Below, one piece after another: positions 57,740 to 64,000 of a stretch of 64,000 bases of DNA. This DNA comes from Octopus vulgaris. Taxonomy: Eukaryota. Below the pieces are notes generated by a model. It had not been told where the DNA came from and ran no database searches. It saw only the letters and a list, made by a program, of their open reading frames with translations. Each line of letters opens with the position of its first letter. Position 1 is the stretch's first letter. Both the position numbers and the translations under genes were made by a program. Location: positions 41,044,001 to 41,108,000 of the forward strand of contig OX597833.1 in NCBI GenBank assembly GCA_951406725.2, in the 5' to 3' direction.

Positions 57740-59705
57740 GGTTAACAAAGAAAGGATTTGTATTGACAACTTTAGGCCCATAACTCTGCTGAATGCAGAG
57801 TTCAAAATGTTGGCCAAGGTGTTAGCTACGAGGTTGGTTCTTGTCGTCGGAGATTTGGTAGGGGAGGCATGGACACGTGCCATCCCGAAAACAACCATCT
57901 ACGATAACCTCCTCCTCATGCGATACATCATTGAGAAAGTGGCGAAAGAACCTGGCACAGGTGGGGCCATGATCAATTTAGATCAGTCTAAAGCGTTCGA
58001 TAGTGTCAACCATCTATACCTGGCAGCGGTCCTCAAGGCAGCTGGTTTCGGGTCTGTTTTCAGGGACTGGATCGCTGCAATGCACAGCGACATCTCTTCA
58101 GTAGTCAGAGTGAACGGTCACTTCTCAGAGCCGTTCAACTTCATGCGCTCGGTCTGGCAAAGTTGTCCCCTCTCGTCTCTCTTGTACGTACTGACTTTCG
58201 AGCCACCACTACACAAACTGGAGGCGTTGAGAGGCATCCCGCATGACTTAAGATGTGTGAGATGCGTGTCAACGTATGCCGACGATGTCACCGAAGTGGT
58301 GTCGGATTATAAACACATAGAAATGATTGACACAGCTCTCAGGGACTACAGGCGGTTCTAGGAGCGACAATTAACCAGGAAATATCAGTGGGCTTGCGGT
58401 TCGGCACCTGGAGAAGCAAGTCCATGCCGTCCAACTGCGTCGTTGGGCATTGGACAGACGGACCATTTATATTGCTCGGGGTCTGGTTCAGTCCGGACCT
58501 CTAGATGGACAAAAACTGGGACGAGGTAACGTGCAGGGTGACTACTCTCACCCAGAAATGGGCCGAGAGAAATCAATCCCCGAAATGTCGGACAGAGGTG
58601 GCCAACGCTTATATCACGTCCGTCATCTAGTATCACATGACCTTGTCCTGGCCATCGTTTGATTACGCTGGAGCGTATACTCTTTAGCTTCTTGTGGAAG
58701 GGACGCGTCCCGATGGTCAGGCGGTCTATCTGCTATCAGTACCCGCTGCGTGGTGGCTTGGGCATGCCGTGATTGATGATGCGCAGACATAAGCTGAGGC
58801 TAGGACGTCTCTAGTGCTTCCTTGAGGGTGAACAGGTGTGGTTGCCGTTCGCCAGACACGTATTTCCGCATCTAGTTTCTTTAACGGAGCTGCGGTCCTG
58901 GGTGAAACAGAGACCAAGGGCGAGCATTTGGAAAGTGGAATGTCTTCAAGTGCTCACAGCCCTCAGCCAATCGGACAGTACGATAGGTGGTACGTCCACT
59001 TTAGCTTTTTATAGAGGATTAATAATAAATAAAATAAATGCGCCCTTTTAAAGCCTAGCCAGGCTCATGGGCCTGGTTTCCTGGTTTCTCTGGCGTATGT
59101 GTTCTCCAGCTGGACGGGACGCCAGTCCATCGCGGCGTTACTTATTTTTTCCAACTGAGTAGACTGGAGCAATGTGAAATGAAGTGTTTTGCTCAAGATC
59201 ACAACGCGTCGCCCGGTCCAGGAATCGAAACCATAACCACTAAGCCATGCGCCTCCACTTTATAGAGGATTAGTGGAGGAAAAGTGCGACGACGTTCTTG
59301 GGGAGATCTTGGGTGTCGAAGAAAATCGGCTAGTCGCTCTTTTCCGGAGTACTTTCGGGCCGGGACCGATATGGATAATTTCCAAAAATCTCTGGCTTGG
59401 CTACCGAATGCTTTGCTTGTTCGAGATAAACTTTACAAGCACGGAAGTGCCGTCAGCCGAGCATGTCCGAGTACATTCAAGACGAGACGGTCCTACATGC
59501 ACTTGTCTATTGCCTGAGCATTGCTAACCGGTGGGTTTATGTCGAACACTTGCTGTGACGTATGGGACGGATCCGGCAGTCAACTGAATCTATCGTGAAG
59601 ATCGCCACGTCGCCTTCTTTTAACCAAGAAGGAAAGGTTGTTTTTATATTATGGTGGCCATGGCGAAAGAGCTTGTATGGTGGACGAGATTGAAGGGGAT
59701 GAAGA
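57740..59705 (+). mobile_element. 5'-truncated L1/Tx1-like LINE; RT pseudogene
   Basis: FRPITLLNAEFKMLAKVLATRL, LDQSKAFD, QSCPLSSLLY and YADDV motifs; frameshifts and stops downstream; GC-richer than flanks. Confidence 0.9.
59022..59258 (-). mobile_element. SINE nested in the LINE, with 14-bp TSD
   Basis: TSD TTTATAGAGGATTA at 59008-59021 and 59259-59272; head GTGGAGGCGCATGGCTTAGTGG; V-like segment; T-rich tail. Confidence 0.9.
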
Positions 59706-60188
59706 ATTTTCGTTTTGTATCTTGCGATAATGAAAATTCCATTATTTCACTGGTACTTATTTTAATTGTCCGACCCAAGAAGGTCAAAATCAAAAAAAAA
59801 AAAAAAAACTTAGCACTAGCGGGATTTGAACTCCAAACGTTACAGAAAGAAAAGAATATTATAGCAACAGATTAAGTTGTTACACCACTCCTTGCCAACC
59901 CGCCATCCCCTATAATTACCAGCGTTACGAATGGAATATTTTATTTGCGTCTTCAAGCGAATTCCTAAGAATTTCGCAGTCTACGGTTAATAAAGAGGTC
60001 TTAATGGATTAAATCACAAGAGCTTCTTAAACATGTGAAAAAAAAGTCAAGAACTACATACAAACATTAGCCGAAAATAATTATCTAAAACTATATTGCA
60101 ACAGTATATACTTCCCTTATTAATTTCGAATCATATATATACACCATAGAGATGTGTGTGTTGGGTGTGTGTGCATTATATATGTACG

Positions 60189-60247
<59 letters not shown>

Positions 60248-60248
60248 C

Positions 60249-60293
<45 letters not shown>

Positions 60294-60416
60294 ACCATGT
60301 GAATATGAATATATAAATATGTGTATGTCTATATATGTATGTACATATATAAATATATATACATATATATATATGTATATATGTATGTATGTATATATAT
60401 ACATATATACATATAT

Positions 60417-60479
<63 letters not shown>

Positions 60480-60964
60480 CATACATATATATATATATAC
60501 ATATAATGGAAAAGTGAATGGACACTTCAAAATAGAAACATATATTAAAATTTTACACCTAAGTGTAAATTACGTATAAAAAAGCTAAGTACGTACATGT
60601 ATGTATGTATGTATGTATGTATGTATGTCTGTGAGTATGGGGTGGAGGTGGAGGGGTGATCGGAGTGGAGTGAGGTGATCGGGGTGGGGTTGGGGTGGTG
60701 TGCTTGCTAACTTGGGGTTTATATTTTAATGCATGTTTAAGAGTAGCAACTGAATATTTGCAAACAGAAGGCTTAATATTGAGAGTAGAGTCAAATATAT
60801 TTTAAGATTTGTGTTCACCAGGACCTTAATTATCGCCTGGTGGGTTGTTCAAGCAGTCTGTGCGTGTCTGTTTGTGTGTGTCTGCGTGTGCATGTAATAT
60901 ATGTTATACATATGCATATATACATATATATGCACATGTATATATACATATATATATATAAATA

Positions 60965-61013
<49 letters not shown>

Positions 61014-61156
61014 CGTATATATACATATACATATAAACATATATTAAACATATATACATATCTACATACATATATGTACACACACATACACACATATATA
61101 AATACATACATATATACATACGTACACAGAGAGAGGCAGAGATACAGGGAGAGGGA

Positions 61157-61460
<304 letters not shown>

Positions 61461-61664
61461 ATACATATATACACACTATGACTGACTTGAAATGTCCTTG
61501 GCTTATTCAATATTTAATATAAAGCATATGGTAAAGATTCATATTCAGTTAATATTATTTATTTCATATCACATATATGAAAAAAATATCTATACTTTGT
61601 TATTTACTATCATTTATTCTTTTTATATCGAAATTTAAATCCAATTCATGTTGAATTATTCTAT

Positions 61665-62052
61665 GGATGGAAGCGCTCCGTCGGTTACGACGATGAGGGT
61701 TCCGGTTGATCCAATTCAACGGAACAGCCTGCTCGTGAAATTAACGTGTAAGTGGCTGAGCACTCCACAGACACGTGTACCCTTAACGTAGTTCTCGGGG
61801 ATATTCAGCGTGACACAGAGAGTGACAAGGCCGGCCCTTTGAAATACAGGTACAACAAAAACAGGAAGTAAGAGTGAGAGAAATTTGTGGTGAAAGAGTA
61901 CAGCAGGGATCACCACCATCCCTGCCGGAGCCTCGTGGAGCTTTTTAGGTGTTTTCGCTCAATAAACACTCACAACGCCCGGTCTGGGAATCGAAACCGC
62001 GATCCTATGACCGCGAGTCCGCTGCCCTAACCACTGGGCCATTGCGCCTCCA
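61665..62052 (-). mobile_element. SINE family C, full length, with 12-bp TSD
   Basis: TSD GAATTATTCTAT at 61653-61664 and 62053-62064; tRNA-like head TGGAGGCGCAATGGCCCAGTGGTTAGGGC...GGTTTCGATTCC. Confidence 0.92.
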
Positions 62053-62610
62053 GAATTATTCTATATCGCTTATAAGAACATACATATTTGGATGACATTA
62101 TATCTCATTAGTACAGTGAATAGACAATTATATTTATATTATGGATTGAAGTCAATATAAATAGGAATAAAAGCGAATTTAAGACAAAGATAAATTTGTG
62201 AGAAACAGAGAATTAAGTATCGCTAGCTTCACGCAAAAAAACTTGATGCATTTAGTAAAGTTTAGAAGAAGCAAATTCGAATTGGTGAGACTTCTTTGGC
62301 AAGAGAGACACCAACATCTGTTGTGCAGCAAGAATTGTTCTACTGCGTAATAAGTTTTACCTACGGCCCAACAGCTGAGGTTTGTTTATATGTAAAAAGA
62401 GTGATGAACATCTTCGTGCATTTAATTACTGATTTAGTATAAGGTTAAACTTTTCTTAACGTTGACATATAAGTATTGTTTATATCATTAAATCATTCTG
62501 ACGAATAAATCGGGTATATATATATACATACATATACATATATATGTATGTAAGTATGTATGTATGTATGTATGTATGTATGTATGTATGTATGTATGTA
62601 TGTATGTATG

Positions 62611-62646
<36 letters not shown>

Positions 62647-62670
62647 CATACATATATACATACATGTACA

Positions 62671-62740
<70 letters not shown>

Positions 62741-62804
62741 TACGCATATATATACTATACATATATATTCATATACATATATATATATAGATAGATAGAT
62801 AGAT

Positions 62805-62867
<63 letters not shown>

Positions 62868-62981
62868 CTCGAGTGAGTGGACAAACGAAAGAAGGGCACT
62901 CAACTTATTTATTGAGGTTCAAGCGGGATGCTAGTCGCCATTTTGAATTTGCTAACGAATTTGAATCAAACTGTTTTAATC

Positions 62982-63057
<76 letters not shown>

Positions 63058-63169
63058 TTACTACTATAAGGTATTCAGTTATATTGTGTGTTTTTTTTTC
63101 AAAGTAGGAAAGGATGAGCCCTGCAAATTCAAAAGATATCGATTAACAGAAAGCTTAAAGGACTGAATG

Positions 63170-63510
63170 TCAGAGTCCAAAGGAAAACAAGATGATGTTA
63201 GTGAGTTCCAGAGATCATCAGTTCAAGTTATTAGAATGAAAGGACTCGTGATTTATGGAAAAGCTCAACAGAGAAATGATGCGTCTAGGAAAAAAAGCGG
63301 GGAACACTTTTAAAGGTCTTGACAGAGAGTACTAGACCAGAAAGTTTATCTGAGCAGTGATAATGGAAATACTTATAGAAGGGGCTCAACAAAGATGCAT
63401 TTTGACAATGAGCTAAAGACTGCAGTTTAGTAGGCAGAAAAGGACCCACCATATTAACGACTCGATTCTGGATTCGATCCAGCAAGCTAAGAAACTGAGA
63501 GGAAAGAAGT
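63170..63510 (-). mobile_element. CR1/L2/Jockey-group LINE 3' fragment
   Basis: Reads LDRIQNRVVNMVG...LQSLAHCQNASLLSPFYKYFHYHCSDKL, a typical post-RT LDxIQ...LxHRR...FYKY region. Confidence 0.7.
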
Positions 63511-63754
63511 AATTAATCGTATAATTTCATAATAAAATTTTAAGTAATACATTCTCAAAAATTAAAGGGAACACTGATTATAATGCAATTAATAATACCA
63601 CAGTAAATTGTAATTAAGTGAAATTAAAACTAAAATTATAACGGATTAATTATAGGCGCTGACATGGCTGTTGATAAGGACTTTAGTTCTTAACCGCAAG
63701 GTTTCGAGTTCTGTCCCACTACGTTACACCTTGGTCAAGAGTCTTCTGCTTTTA

Positions 63755-63827
<73 letters not shown>

Positions 63828-64000
63828 TTGTATGTATGTATTTATAATAAGTTATAACGCAGTAAATTTTATACCACTGTTAGTTATAATCCAGTATATT
63901 GGTTTCAATTTTTGGCACAAGGCCAGAAAATTGTGGGAGAGGGCAATAGCTACTTATTTTATTGACCCCGAAATGATGAAAGGTAAAGTCGACCTCGACA

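Noticed and set aside
61975-62050. tRNA-like sequences at SINE heads
   Set aside because: A/B boxes are present, but they run into SINE bodies with tails and TSDs; these are not tRNA genes.

Overview
AT-rich animal genomic DNA saturated with (TA)n/(CA)n/(TATG)n/(GATA)n microsatellites and tRNA-derived SINEs. The repeat landscape suggests Octopus or another cephalopod (inference). Almost all ORFs in the supplied track are microsatellite artefacts. The one convincing host-gene piece is a GC-rich first coding exon (43577-44288, +) with poly-Pro, an eh1 motif (SFLIKDILG), poly-Ser and a GTAAGT donor. It is most like a BarH/NK-class homeobox gene, but I found no homeobox exon in the window. The rest is transposon debris: a full-length dead mariner, a Tc1, several MITEs (pogo/Tigger-like, Merlin-like), L1/Tx1-, CR1/L2- and REL-type LINE relics, and three or more SINE families. 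The main hidden signal is about ten minimal type I hammerhead-ribozyme (HHR) motifs, intact or degenerate. They sit in short inserts, mostly next to (TA)n tracts, and three lie inside near-perfect fold-back palindromes. Some carry a U3-A8 core variant. This points to several microsatellite-associated Penelope-like or retrozyme-like families. All structures were folded by eye and many repeat boundaries are approximate.
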